DNA of 64,000 nt, from the IMG/VR virus record IMGVR_UViG_2541047319_000002, one strand, 5' to 3'. The position numbers and the translations under genes were made by a program. The notes under the pieces were generated by a model, which worked only from the letters and a program-made list of their open reading frames with translations, was not told the origin of the DNA and searched no databases. Shown piece after piece: positions 9,085 through 18,696 of this stretch. The DNA comes from an uncultured virus (IMG/VR IMGVR_UViG_2541047319_000002). Taxonomy: Duplodnaviria; Heunggongvirae; Uroviricota; Caudoviricetes. Each line of letters starts with the position of its first letter. Position 1 is the stretch's first letter.

Positions 9085-10653
9085 ATGAGTAAAGATGTTA
9101 AAGAAAACATAAGTAATGAACAAAAAGATTTAAATAAAATAAATTTAATCTATCATATTATATATGACAATGATAGATTTAAAATGATAACAAGAAAATA
9201 TTTTGAAATTTTTAGATTAAAGGGTATGTCTGCTGAAGAAATAAGTTTAAAATTTGAAGAATTTCTATATTCTCTTATTTCAGATAAGTTTAAAAAGATA
9301 AATACAGTAAATGATGTTAAAAAATTAAGAAATCAAGAGAACTCATCATCATTAAAACTTAAGAAGAGATGGTCTGATATGACTTTAGATTCTCTAAGTG
9401 AAGATACTAAATCTTCAAGAAAAAAAAGCAGTAAATACCTAAAAAAAGAATTAGAAATTGTTGAAAGTGAATATTTAAAAAATGGAAGAATCATTAGTGC
9501 TGGAGTAAAAAATCCAAAAGAATTAAAGGAGCAAAGAAAAGATTTTTTAGATGAGTGGAAGTCAAGCTCTAGTTATAACATATGTGATTACCCATATTTA
9601 CAAGAGTTAAGTACTAGCAAAATAAATTCCGCATTTATACATGATATACTAATGTGTATAACAGAAGTACTAAAAGATGATTATGATTTTGATATTAATA
9701 AAATTGCAATCAAAACTCCACCACATATTTCACCTGGAATTTTTTTACCTTTCACAAAAGGTAAAAGATACTCGCACTTGAATGTTAAAAAAAATGAAAA
9801 TGAATACATGTCAGACGACTATAGTGCTAAGAATCTTTCAGGTAAACAAATGAATTTTTTCTATAAGTTTTCAATTGGGCAAGATGAAAATATTGAAAAT
9901 CTTAAACTAGAGCTAATAAATCCTGATACAGAAAAAAGGGCTTTGCCAAAAATATATTTAGATAAACAAGACCTTGAAATTATTAGATTTGTTTATACTT
10001 ATAGCCACATGAACTCTTTTTCATTTTATTTAGGCGATTTAGTAAAGTACTTAGGACTTTCAGATGGAAAAAAGAACTATATTAATATCAAAAATAGACT
10101 CTTAAAATTACCTTATTATACTTTTTATTCGAATCAAACTAATGATAAAGGCGAATTAAAGTATGAGATTAGTTTTAATTTGTTTTCTAGTACAACAATA
10201 GTAAATGATGAAAACAATAATAATAGAGAGTTGGTTAAAATCACAAAATCTTTTATTGAAGAAGTCGAAAGAGTTAATACAGATATAATGTATAGAAATG
10301 AACTTGAAAAATTACAATTAACACAGTCAATTAATCTAGCTTATTTCTTAGAGGGTAGAAGGTCTTTTCTTATATCTTGTGGTGAGGATATAAAAAATAA
10401 AAGTTTTAGATATGACATAGAAGATTTAAAATTTGATGTTCATCTTAATAAAAGTAAAACAGTAAAGCAAAATATGGAGTATTTAGAACTAGGTTTTAAT
10501 GAGATAAAAGAAAATCAATTTATAATTAAAGACTATAAAAGAGGAAATTCTTATTTTGATGTTTATTTCTATGAAGATTTTGAAAAAAGAAAACGTCTTA
10601 TAAATAATACTATACTTTCTTTACCTGACTACATGATAGAAAATAAATCTTAA
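9085..10653 (+). CDS. Putative plasmid replication initiator protein
   Basis: Winged-helix Rep-like segments (LDKQDLEIIRFV...LVKYLGLSDGKKNYINIKNRLLKL); iterons start immediately after the stop. Confidence 0.6.
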   Translation: MSKDVKENISNEQKDLNKINLIYHIIYDNDRFKMITRKYFEIFRLKGMSAEEISLKFEEFLYSLISDKFKKINTVNDVKKLRNQENSSSLKLKKRWSDMTLDSLSEDTKSSRKKSSKYLKKELEIVESEYLKNGRIISAGVKNPKELKEQRKDFLDEWKSSSSYNICDYPYLQELSTSKINSAFIHDILMCITEVLKDDYDFDINKIAIKTPPHISPGIFLPFTKGKRYSHLNVKKNENEYMSDDYSAKNLSGKQMNFFYKFSIGQDENIENLKLELINPDTEKRALPKIYLDKQDLEIIRFVYTYSHMNSFSFYLGDLVKYLGLSDGKKNYINIKNRLLKLPYYTFYSNQTNDKGELKYEISFNLFSSTTIVNDENNNNRELVKITKSFIEEVERVNTDIMYRNELEKLQLTQSINLAYFLEGRRSFLISCGEDIKNKSFRYDIEDLKFDVHLNKSKTVKQNMEYLELGFNEIKENQFIIKDYKRGNSYFDVYFYEDFEKRKRLINNTILSLPDYMIENKS

Positions 10654-11094
10654 AAATGGCCATATATTCTCCGTACTTAACAAAAAATGTCGAATTTATT
10701 TTAAATAAACTTAATAAAAAAAGTAAAATGACCGTATATTCTCCGTACTTAACAAAAAATAGATTTTTCAAAAAAACTAAATGACCGTATATCTTCCGTA
10801 CTTAACAAAAAATAGACCTTTTTTTAATTATTTCCTTGTCGAAAAATTTTTTTTGTAACATATTTTTTACTTTTCTTAGTAATTTCAAATCTCACGTCTT
10901 CTGAAATCACTATGTCTGAGCTAAATGACCGTATCAGCTCCGTACTTAACAGAAGACGTTGAAACCACTATGTCTGAGCTAAATGACCGTATCAGCTCCG
11001 TACTTAACAAATATAGACATAAATTTATTTTTTAGGTAAGATAAATTTGAGTAAAAGGAATCATCGCCAAAATGGCTATATCAGCTCCGTACTT
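10654..11094 (+). repeat. Iteron array / putative replication origin: six copies of AAATGRCYRTAT-N-CCGTACTT(AACA)
   Basis: Copies at ~10654, 10726, 10779, 10923, 10981, 11070; 10902-10951 and 10960-11009 form a near-exact 50-bp tandem duplication; AT-rich tract ~10815-10890. Confidence 0.85.
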
Positions 11095-11126
11095 CTGAAA
11101 TTATTGATTTTTCAAAGGAGAAAATT

Positions 11127-11393
11127 ATGAGTCTTAAATATAAAGATAAAGAATTTGTACTTGTAGAAAAAAAGAATATAAATGAATTAGATAACTCTAA
11201 TATAAAATATATTGACCTAAAGGACAAGCAGTATTATGTGGTTACACAAGGCAAAAAACCTAAAAGATTTAACCTAGAAGATATTAAAAATATAAAAAAA
11301 GATTTAGATAATGGCATAAGTTTAAGAAAGTGTGCAACAAAATGGAACTGTAGCACTAGGACTATACAGGATATAAAAAATAATATTTATTAA
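11127..11393 (+). CDS. Small HTH DNA-binding protein
   Basis: C-terminal GISLRKCATKWNCSTRTIQDIK HTH. Confidence 0.75.
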   Translation: MSLKYKDKEFVLVEKKNINELDNSNIKYIDLKDKQYYVVTQGKKPKRFNLEDIKNIKKDLDNGISLRKCATKWNCSTRTIQDIKNNIY

Positions 11394-11468
11394 TATACAG
11401 AGGTATTTATTTACTTTATACCTCATTAAGATTATAATAATCATATATAGAGAAAGGAGGATTATAAA

Positions 11469-12647
11469 ATGCAAGAATTAAAACCAGTTGCTAGAATATC
11501 AAAGTCAAAACTAAAAGATATATTAGATGTTTTTAAAACTTCTATAAGAAAAGTAGAAAAAATAGATTATTCTGCTTGTAATTCTTGTGCAATAAAAAAT
11601 AATCCTTCTTTTGATAGTCATAAATTAAATGAATTTTGTTCAAATTGTCCTAAATTAAAAACTATATTAGAGTTTTCTTATGTTACAGAAAAGGAAACAG
11701 AACTAGGTACAATAGAAATTGTAACTAATGAAAGTAAATGTATGGCTTTAAGTAAAAGTGCTATAAAACAGTATTTAGCATATCATTTTATAGTATCTAA
11801 TAAAAATTATGTTAGAAAAGCAGTATCCTTCCAAAATATAGCCGATATATGCAATGTTTCCATTGTTACAGCCAGACATAACCATAATGTATTACTACGA
11901 GTTGGATTAGTTTATTCTACAGAAATAAAAAGAGGTAAATTTGATATAGTCATAGATGAAGAGTACAAAAACCATCTTAAAAAAGAAGATGGTGGAAAAG
12001 GTTACTTAACTATGTCATTAGATACTTTAAATCACTTATTAAGTTTTGAAAATGTAAATGAGTTAAAACTTGAAATTAAAAAATTAATTTGGGCTGATGC
12101 TAAAGGAAGTAAGTTAGGTAAAAGAATACGATTTAAAAAAGACAATCTTATTTCTATACTTCCAGAATACATAAAGAAATCAAACAAGCGTACAGAAGCC
12201 TTTTTAAGAAGTTCTAAAACTTTATTTGATGTAAGTAATGACACAATAGATACAAAGCGTTATGAGACGAAAGAAACTATCTCAGAGAAATATACAGAAC
12301 CAATTAGAATACAAATATCGAAATTCTTTGATAATACTGGTTGTTCTTTGAGTTCTAATTATAGTAAAGTGTTATCTCAGATAAATTTAGATAGATATAA
12401 TTTATTTGAAGAAGATTTAAGAAGTAAATTAGACATGGAAAAAGATATTATTATAAATGACTTAGTTGGATTGTCGGTGCAGTATGGAGTTACTAGAGTT
12501 TTAGCAGCATTAGATTATATGTTTAATAAATATACATTTGATGAAGAAGATATAAATTATAATGAAATACGTAATCCTGGTGCATTTATAAGAACATTGA
12601 TTGTTCAGAGCATAAATAAAAATGGAAGTTTAGCAATAGCAATTTAA
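11469..12647 (+). CDS. Second Rep-like/wHTH protein with CxxC...CxxC motif and DnaD-like C-terminus
   Basis: SFQNIADICNVSIVTARHN wHTH; C-terminal IRNPGAFIRTLI motif typical of replication initiators. Confidence 0.5.
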   Translation: MQELKPVARISKSKLKDILDVFKTSIRKVEKIDYSACNSCAIKNNPSFDSHKLNEFCSNCPKLKTILEFSYVTEKETELGTIEIVTNESKCMALSKSAIKQYLAYHFIVSNKNYVRKAVSFQNIADICNVSIVTARHNHNVLLRVGLVYSTEIKRGKFDIVIDEEYKNHLKKEDGGKGYLTMSLDTLNHLLSFENVNELKLEIKKLIWADAKGSKLGKRIRFKKDNLISILPEYIKKSNKRTEAFLRSSKTLFDVSNDTIDTKRYETKETISEKYTEPIRIQISKFFDNTGCSLSSNYSKVLSQINLDRYNLFEEDLRSKLDMEKDIIINDLVGLSVQYGVTRVLAALDYMFNKYTFDEEDINYNEIRNPGAFIRTLIVQSINKNGSLAIAI

Positions 12648-13070
12648 TATATGGAGTAGTTCAAAAAAAATGATTTTGGCTACTCCTATTAGTGTTTGTA
12701 TTCAAATTATAAAATACTTAAATAGAGCTATAAAGAGCGTGAAATCTCTATTAGCTCTATTTTTTTATGCCTATTTTAATGAAATTATATACACAATAGA
12801 AAGTTTTTTATACATATTACTAATTTAATTTTACAATAATAATATATATTTATTCAATTTATTAAGAAACTTATTAAAAAAAAATACTAATGCATCAACA
12901 AGATGTTAATATTGAAATTTATATTTTATTTTATTCCTTACAATCACTTCGATTTATAGTTTTTTCTGACTTTCTAATTATTGGTTTTAATTATTACTTT
13001 TAATTTTTGTTTTAAATTCTGAAAAACATTTATTATTTATACTTTAATAAATTAAAAGATAAATAATATC

Positions 13071-13169
13071 GAATATATGTTCTTGAAATATCGAACAAAA
13101 AGAGTTATAATAATAATGTGCTAAAAATAATTGGTATATATCTTGTACACATAACAAGAACATATGTTT
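13071..13169 (+). promoter_or_regulatory. SigA promoter flanked by LexA (Cheo)-like boxes
   Basis: TTGAAA 13083-13088, 17 bp, TATAAT 13106-13111; GAATATATGTTC 13071-13082 and GAACATATGTTT 13158-13169. Confidence 0.6.
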
Positions 13170-13409
13170 GCAAAACGGTTAATTGTTTATATTTCTATCT
13201 ATTTTTTATGTCTTATACTATAAAGTTAAATATAAAATTAAGATAAATATTATTAATAATAAATAGTTTGAAAATTACAAAAATATGTCGATAGCTGGTA
13301 AAAAATGGAAGAACTACTTGGATAGAATGTATGTTACAATGTAATTAATTAAGTGTAAAGGGGAAGTATTTATAATAGGTATACTTTATTTTTCTAAGGG
13401 GGAAAGTTT

Positions 13410-13550
13410 ATGTCAGAAGGAAAAATTAACAAAGAAAAATTAATGAAGCTAGGTAATATGCTGTCAGAATTAAAAAGGAATAATAAAGATAAATTTACAA
13501 ATTATAAATCTGAAGTTGAGAAATATGAAAATAAAAAAAGAGGAGCATAA
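13410..13550 (+). CDS. Small 46-aa protein (not in ORF track), paralog of 14062-14217
   Basis: AAGGGGGA RBS; MSEGKINKEKLMKLGNMLSELKRNNKDKFTNYKSEVEKYENKKRGA. Confidence 0.65.
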   Translation: MSEGKINKEKLMKLGNMLSELKRNNKDKFTNYKSEVEKYENKKRGA

Positions 13551-13560
13551 CATCCTCTTT

Positions 13561-13908
13561 TTACTTCTTATTTTCTTCCTCTAAAAAAACCTCAGCTACA
13601 TTGTATAATCTTTTTTGTGCTTCTGGACTTAATTTACTTATCATTCTTAACATTTCTTTAATATCATCATCAAAATCCATATCTAAAGTTGGGTCTTGAA
13701 ATATATCCCCTTCTCCCGTTCTTAACCAATTTTCGTTTACATTAAATTCTTTGCATATATCATTGATTATTCTATCTGTTAAATCTCTCCTACCTGTTTC
13801 TAGAGAGGAAATGTGGTCTTGAGATAGAAATAATTTATTTCCCATCTGTGTTTGATTCAGCCCTAATTCTTTTCTTAAAGTTTTCAATCTTTTATTCAAT
13901 ATTATCAC
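13561..13908 (-). CDS. XRE-family HTH repressor (likely TTG start at 13899)
   Basis: LKTLRKELGLNQTQMGNKL...ISSLETGRR...FNVNENWLRTGEG. Confidence 0.9.
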   Translation of the reverse strand: MIILNKRLKTLRKELGLNQTQMGNKLFLSQDHISSLETGRRDLTDRIINDICKEFNVNENWLRTGEGDIFQDPTLDMDFDDDIKEMLRMISKLSPEAQKRLYNVAEVFLEEENKK

Positions 13909-13940
13909 CTCCCTCTTTAAAATATATTATCATATAAAAT

Positions 13941-14043
13941 ATGTCTTTGCAATAAAATTGATATAAAATATGTCAAAAACATATTACCTGTTGACAATAT
14001 GCTAATGACATAATATAATTTAAATATGGAATGTCAAAGACAT
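13941..14043. promoter_or_regulatory. Divergent promoter region with four ATGTC-N3-GACAT-like operators
   Basis: Operators at 13941, 13970, 13999, 14031 (perfect); TTGACA 13991, 17 bp, TATAAT 14014. Confidence 0.75.
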
Positions 14044-14061
14044 AAAAAGGAGTGATAATAT

Positions 14062-14217
14062 TTGCATAAAAAAAAGATGAATCAAAAAGAGCTTGAGTTA
14101 TTAGGGAAAATGTTTTTAAAAATTAAAAAAATAGATAAACAAAAATTTGGAGAGTTAAAAGGCTCTGTTAAAACATCGCTTGAATATGAATATATTTTAG
14201 TTAATAAAATTAGATAA
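14062..14217 (+). CDS. Small 51-aa protein divergent from XRE repressor 1 (not in ORF track)
   Basis: AAGGAGTGA RBS, TTG start, consensus promoter; MHKKKMNQKELELLGKMFLKIKKIDKQKFGELKGSV... Confidence 0.7.
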   Translation: MHKKKMNQKELELLGKMFLKIKKIDKQKFGELKGSVKTSLEYEYILVNKIR

Positions 14218-14339
14218 GTATACATACGTACATTGAAAACTGAATATTCACACAAATAAAAAGTGCAACCATAAATTAACAAATTTTATAATTGCACTTC
14301 TTCATTTATTTAAAACATGGATATACTTAGTTTCTTTTT

Positions 14340-14370
14340 TATAAAAGAGTAGCTTAGCTACTCTTTTATA
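14340..14370. terminator. Bidirectional terminator
   Basis: TATAAAAGAGTAGC-tta-GCTACTCTTTTATA perfect hairpin between convergent genes. Confidence 0.8.
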
Positions 14371-14372
14371 AA

Positions 14373-14705
14373 TTATTTTTTAGAATTCAGTAACTTATTT
14401 TGAGTTTTAAGCAACTCTTTTGCCATTAATAAAAGGTATTCTTTTGTATCAGAAGTTAAAGAGTCAAAAATGTTAAGAAATTCTTTTTCGTATGGAGAGG
14501 AAGCAAACATATCTCCCTCTCCTGTTCTTAACCAATTTTCACTGACACCAAATTCAGAACAAATTAATTTTATATGTTTGTCACTGAAAGTTCTTTTATT
14601 AACTTCTATCATTGCTAATGTTGATTGACTTAAGCCTATCTTTTTTGCAAATTCTGCTTGATTAAGTTTCAATTTTTCTCTGATTTGTTTTACTCTAGTA
14701 TACAC
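14373..14705 (-). CDS. XRE-family HTH repressor, paralog of 13561-13908
   Basis: RVKQIREKLKLNQAEFAKKIGLSQSTLAMIE...FGVSENWLRTGEG; GTG start after GAAAGGGG RBS. Confidence 0.9.
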   Translation of the reverse strand: MYTRVKQIREKLKLNQAEFAKKIGLSQSTLAMIEVNKRTFSDKHIKLICSEFGVSENWLRTGEGDMFASSPYEKEFLNIFDSLTSDTKEYLLLMAKELLKTQNKLLNSKK

Positions 14706-14720
14706 ATGTTTGCCCCTTTC

Positions 14721-14854
14721 ACTTATTTTGTAATTAAATAATATCACAATAATATTACAAATGCAATTAAAATATAAAAAATAATATTACAAATAAAATA
14801 TAAAAGTATTGACTTTAACTTAATTTGTAATTATAATTAAATTACAAATGAAGT
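14721..14854. promoter_or_regulatory. Divergent promoter region with five ATTACAAAT-type operators
   Basis: Sites at 14721(-), 14754, 14786, 14818(-), 14841; TTGACT 14809, 17 bp, TATAAT 14832. Confidence 0.7.
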
Positions 14855-14868
14855 TGAGAGGTGATGTA

Positions 14869-15012
14869 ATGGAAGATATAATCACAACTGAAATGAAGAA
14901 TACATTTTTAAATTTATCAGTAAATAATCAATTAGAAATTCTTAATCTTGCTAAGACTATTAAAAAAATAGAAGATGCTTTAAATATTGAAGACAATGAG
15001 AATTATAATTAA
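14869..15012 (+). CDS. Small 47-aa protein resembling the C-terminal domain of the adjacent XRE repressor (not in ORF track)
   Basis: GAGGTGA RBS; MEDIITTEMKNTFLNLSVNNQLEILNLAKTIKKIEDALNIEDNENYN. Confidence 0.7.
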   Translation: MEDIITTEMKNTFLNLSVNNQLEILNLAKTIKKIEDALNIEDNENYN

Positions 15013-15042
15013 AAAATGAAATGATTAAGGAGAGGATTTGAA

Positions 15043-15837
15043 TTGAATAATTTAAGAATCAAGGGAAAACAAAAATTTATAGATTTAGAAATTCCTATTA
15101 TAGAAGGAGGATTTGGAGAAAGTAAAAAATGTATGACAGACAAAACTATATCTGAAATACATAATATGAGAAATGCTGATATAAGAAGGAGAATATCTGA
15201 TAATTTAAAAAGGTTTAAAAATAATATTGATTATATAGATTTGAAACGTGTGCATGAGACGCACACGTTGATAGAATTAGGTTATTCCAAGCAATCTATA
15301 ACTCAAGCTGATAATATATTTTTATTATCTGAAAGAGGTTACTCAAAACTAATTAAGATAATGGATACTGATTTAGCTTGGGAAATACACGATAAAATAA
15401 TGGATGAATATTTCAATATGAGAGAACAGCTTACAGATAGTTATATGATTCAAGATTCTATTGAAAGAGCTAAAAGATGGATAGAAGAAGAAAAAGAAAG
15501 ATTATTACTTAAAGAAACAATTCAAGTTCAACAACCTAAAGTAGAATATCATGATAAAGTATTAAATCCTGACAAATTAGTTACGACAACAGATATTGCG
15601 AAAGATTTAGGAATGACAGCACAAGCATTAAATAAATTACTACATTTAAACAGAATTATATATCCAGAAAGAATAAATGGGCGAATAAAATGTTGGAAAC
15701 CATATAAAAATTATTTATGGTTGATACCTGAATATGCAGATTTTAAAATAACAGAACATGATACGCAGCTTAAATGGACTGAGATAGGTAGAAAATGGTT
15801 AATAGAATTTGTAGAGAACATTAAAAAAATAAGTTAA
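15043..15837 (+). CDS. Phage antirepressor (ORF6N-like N-terminus + KilAC/ANT C-terminus)
   Basis: IFLLSERGYSKLIKIMDTDLAW; QPKVEYHDKVL...TTTDIAKDLGMTAQALNKLL. Confidence 0.85.
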   Translation: MNNLRIKGKQKFIDLEIPIIEGGFGESKKCMTDKTISEIHNMRNADIRRRISDNLKRFKNNIDYIDLKRVHETHTLIELGYSKQSITQADNIFLLSERGYSKLIKIMDTDLAWEIHDKIMDEYFNMREQLTDSYMIQDSIERAKRWIEEEKERLLLKETIQVQQPKVEYHDKVLNPDKLVTTTDIAKDLGMTAQALNKLLHLNRIIYPERINGRIKCWKPYKNYLWLIPEYADFKITEHDTQLKWTEIGRKWLIEFVENIKKIS

Positions 15838-15900
15838 ATCAAGAAGTTAAAATGTACCTTGAAAAGTAGATATTTAAAAATATAAAAGATAGGTGATTAA

Positions 15901-16125
15901 ATGATAAAACAAATACTAAATAAAAGAGGTAGTCTATTAAATCTAGCAAGTGAGTATTTGACAGAACAAGACTACCTCAAGTTTCAAGGATGGTATACAC
16001 ATAGATATAGTAAGATGGATGCTTATGACGCTTCTATAAATGAATATTTAAATTATAAAAACGACAAAAAATTAATAACGTATGTATTTAATTTAAAATT
16101 TCAAGAAGCTCTCATAGAAATATAA
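15901..16125 (+). CDS. Hypothetical protein
   Basis: AGGTGA RBS. Confidence 0.6.
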   Translation: MIKQILNKRGSLLNLASEYLTEQDYLKFQGWYTHRYSKMDAYDASINEYLNYKNDKKLITYVFNLKFQEALIEI

Positions 16126-16136
16126 TATTACTAAAC

Positions 16137-16685
16137 ATGGTGATTGAAATGAATTATAATTATGTAACTAAAATTGACTTGAAATATGGAAATACACAAT
16201 TTGGGTTTGAGAAATATAGCGATGCTTTAGATAAGTATAGAGAACTTAAAGAAGAATTTAAGTATGTTCCATGTATTATAAAACTTCATTCATATGTAGC
16301 GCACCAAGATTTATATGTGAAAGAAATTAAAGCTGATGGTTTTGAAAAGAAATATTTAGATATTAAAAATTTAATAAAATTGTTTAAAGAACATAAACAA
16401 AATATATCAGATGAACTAAGTCTTTGTGATAAGAAAAAGGAAGAAGTATTACATGTAATAGAAGAAATGAATTTAGACACAGCTTCTTTAAATGATAAGA
16501 TTGATACCATTAAAGAATTAAAAAACACTTTAGCTAAGAGAAGGTTGGTTAAATATGAACTAAATAAATACTTTGCCTTTTGTAATACATTATATGAAAT
16601 TGAAGAAGAGTTAAAAAAATATGAATCTAAATATAAACAAAAAGAAAATCAAGGAAAAAGCAGATTCAAAAAAAATAAAAAATAG
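16137..16685 (+). CDS. Hypothetical coiled-coil phage protein
   Basis: ORF in operon. Confidence 0.65.
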   Translation: MVIEMNYNYVTKIDLKYGNTQFGFEKYSDALDKYRELKEEFKYVPCIIKLHSYVAHQDLYVKEIKADGFEKKYLDIKNLIKLFKEHKQNISDELSLCDKKKEEVLHVIEEMNLDTASLNDKIDTIKELKNTLAKRRLVKYELNKYFAFCNTLYEIEEELKKYESKYKQKENQGKSRFKKNKK

Positions 16686-16693
16686 GTGATTAG

Positions 16694-16834
16694 ATGGAAG
16701 AATATCATTTTAACTTAATAAAAAAGCTTTGTGCTGAAAGAAAAATACACAAAGGCTGGTTTAGAAATATTGAAAAATGTGGTTGTGGAGGTAAATGTAA
16801 TAAGAAAAATTGTAAGATGTTAGAAAAATTATAG
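16694..16834 (+). CDS. Small Cys-rich protein (46 aa, not in ORF track)
   Basis: AGGTGA RBS; ...EKCGCGGKCNKKNCKML. Confidence 0.55.
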   Translation: MEEYHFNLIKKLCAERKIHKGWFRNIEKCGCGGKCNKKNCKMLEKL

Positions 16835-16844
16835 GGAGGTACAT

Positions 16845-17084
16845 ATGGAAAATCAAACTGAATTAACAGAAAAAGATATAGAGAAAACTTTAAATGCTTT
16901 AAATATTATTAAATATATTTGTATAGAATCTAAATATTGCAAAAATTGTCCTCTTGGATATATGAAAAATCTTGATGAACATAATTGTATGCTATATGAA
17001 TTAATAGACAGAGGGTTACTACCATGTGATTGGAATGCAAAGAAAGTTACAAGATTGTTAGATGCAATAGTTGAACAAAATTAA
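16845..17084 (+). CDS. Hypothetical Cys-containing phage protein
   Basis: GGGAGG RBS; CKNCPL. Confidence 0.65.
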   Translation: MENQTELTEKDIEKTLNALNIIKYICIESKYCKNCPLGYMKNLDEHNCMLYELIDRGLLPCDWNAKKVTRLLDAIVEQN

Positions 17085-17101
17085 CAAAGAGGAGAAGATA
17101 T

Positions 17102-17524
17102 ATGATACATGAACTTAAGATATTACCTAAATATTATGAAGCTGTTTCAAATGGTTCTAAATCATTTGAAATAAGATTTAATGATAGAGATTTTAAAATA
17201 GGAGACACTTTAAAATTACAGGAATATATAGATGGTGTTTATACAGGAAGGAGTTTACAAAGAGAAGTATCTTATATACTTAATGATTCAAATTATATTA
17301 AAAATGGGTACATAATTTTAGGGTTAATAAATAACACAAATCATTATATGTTTAAAGTTGTAAGAGATTATAAAAAAGAAAATTATTTAATATGTAGACA
17401 AGGGAAAGTATTCATAGGGTATATTCTTGGGAACTTTGCTTGTTGCAAGGAGTCTTTAGAACAATTTACTATACCATTAGAATATATAGAAAAAATAAGT
17501 AGAGTAGAATTTAAACCATTGTAA
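17102..17524 (+). CDS. ASCH/PUA-like (DUF3850) domain protein
   Basis: MIHELKILPKYYEAVSNGSKSFEIRFNDRDFKIGD signature. Confidence 0.85.
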   Translation: MIHELKILPKYYEAVSNGSKSFEIRFNDRDFKIGDTLKLQEYIDGVYTGRSLQREVSYILNDSNYIKNGYIILGLINNTNHYMFKVVRDYKKENYLICRQGKVFIGYILGNFACCKESLEQFTIPLEYIEKISRVEFKPL

Positions 17525-17562
17525 TTAAAATCAAGATTTTAATAGAAAAGGAGTGATTAAAA

Positions 17563-17679
17563 ATGAAGAAAAATCCAATAAGAATTAAAAAATGTGACTG
17601 TGGTGGAGATATATATGAACTTAATACACAATTAGGTACTATGTATCAATGTAAAAGCTGCGGGGAGATGTATAGATAG
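17563..17679 (+). CDS. Tiny zinc-ribbon protein (38 aa, not in ORF track)
   Basis: AAGGAGTGA RBS; KCDCGG...YQCKSCGE. Confidence 0.6.
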   Translation: MKKNPIRIKKCDCGGDIYELNTQLGTMYQCKSCGEMYR

Positions 17680-17707
17680 TGCTGAAATATTAGCTAAAGA
17701 AGATGAG

Positions 17708-18259
17708 GTGAAGTCAATGAGTAAAAAAGATAAGTTATCTATTTTTATAAGTTTAATATTAAGACATAAACCAGAAACTATTGGAATTAAATTAGATGAC
17801 TATGGATATGCAGATGTTAATGAATTGATTGAAAAAATAAATAATACTGGTAGAAATATTAATATAGAAATCCTTGAGCAAATAGTTAAAGAAGATAATA
17901 AGCAAAGGTACAGTTTTAATGATGATAGAAGCAAGATTAGAGCAAATCAAGGACATTCAATTAATGTTAATGTGGAATTGAGGGAATTAGAACCACCAAA
18001 ATATCTTTATCATGGAACAGCTACTAGATTTTTAGACAATATTAAAAATGAAGGTATTATTAAACAAAGTAGACTGTATGTACATTTATCAAGGGATATA
18101 GATATTGCTGTTAAAGTTGGTAAAAGACATGGTACGCCTGTAATTTTAAAAATTAATACAGGCAAAATGTATGAAAATGGTTATAAGTTTTACTTATCTG
18201 AAAACAATGTTTGGTTATGTGAGTATATACCATTTAAATATGTAGAGATTTTTGAGTAG
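17708..18259 (+). CDS. kptA: RNA 2'-phosphotransferase (Tpt1/KptA)
   Basis: SLILRHKP, DNKQRY, IRANQGHS, LYHGT, VHLS motifs. Confidence 0.95.
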   Translation: MKSMSKKDKLSIFISLILRHKPETIGIKLDDYGYADVNELIEKINNTGRNINIEILEQIVKEDNKQRYSFNDDRSKIRANQGHSINVNVELRELEPPKYLYHGTATRFLDNIKNEGIIKQSRLYVHLSRDIDIAVKVGKRHGTPVILKINTGKMYENGYKFYLSENNVWLCEYIPFKYVEIFE

Positions 18260-18308
18260 TTAAATAAAATTATTCAGTGAAATAAAAAATGAATGAAGGT
18301 GTAATGAA

Positions 18309-18677
18309 ATGAGCAGGTGTAAAGATTGTTTTTACTTTGAAAAAAACAAGATAGAAGAGAGTGGTATATGCAATAAGAAAGAAAAAGAAGTGTATAAAGA
18401 GAATAGAAAATGTGAATTTTATGAAAGTAAAAAATGGAAATCAATGAATATAGATGAATTTTGGATTGAAATGGAAAGATGGACAAATGAAAAAGTAAAT
18501 AGGTATATAATATATTTTTCTGAACATGACAGTATTCAGATTGATATTGTCCAAGATATTAATAGACCTAATAATCCTACTGATGATGAAGTTATAGAAG
18601 AATATGTTGAAAATAACTACGGTTATGTAAAATATGAAGTTATTGATTTAGGTACTGTAGAGAACGTTAAGTTGTAA
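18309..18677 (+). CDS. Hypothetical protein
   Basis: N-terminal CxxC. Confidence 0.65.
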   Translation: MSRCKDCFYFEKNKIEESGICNKKEKEVYKENRKCEFYESKKWKSMNIDEFWIEMERWTNEKVNRYIIYFSEHDSIQIDIVQDINRPNNPTDDEVIEEYVENNYGYVKYEVIDLGTVENVKL

Positions 18678-18696
18678 AATTAGGAGGGAATTAAAT

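Noticed and set aside
10654..11094. Repeats near cas3 as a CRISPR array
   Set aside because: Spacing is irregular (~52-144 bp), intervening sequences are partly duplicated rather than unique, there is no GTTT...GAAA(C/T) repeat signature, and the position directly after a Rep-like gene fits iterons.
12690..13060. Structured ncRNA or riboswitch in the long AT-rich intergenic region
   Set aside because: Only terminator-like hairpins are visible and no conserved RNA motif is recognisable by eye; an Rfam search would be needed.
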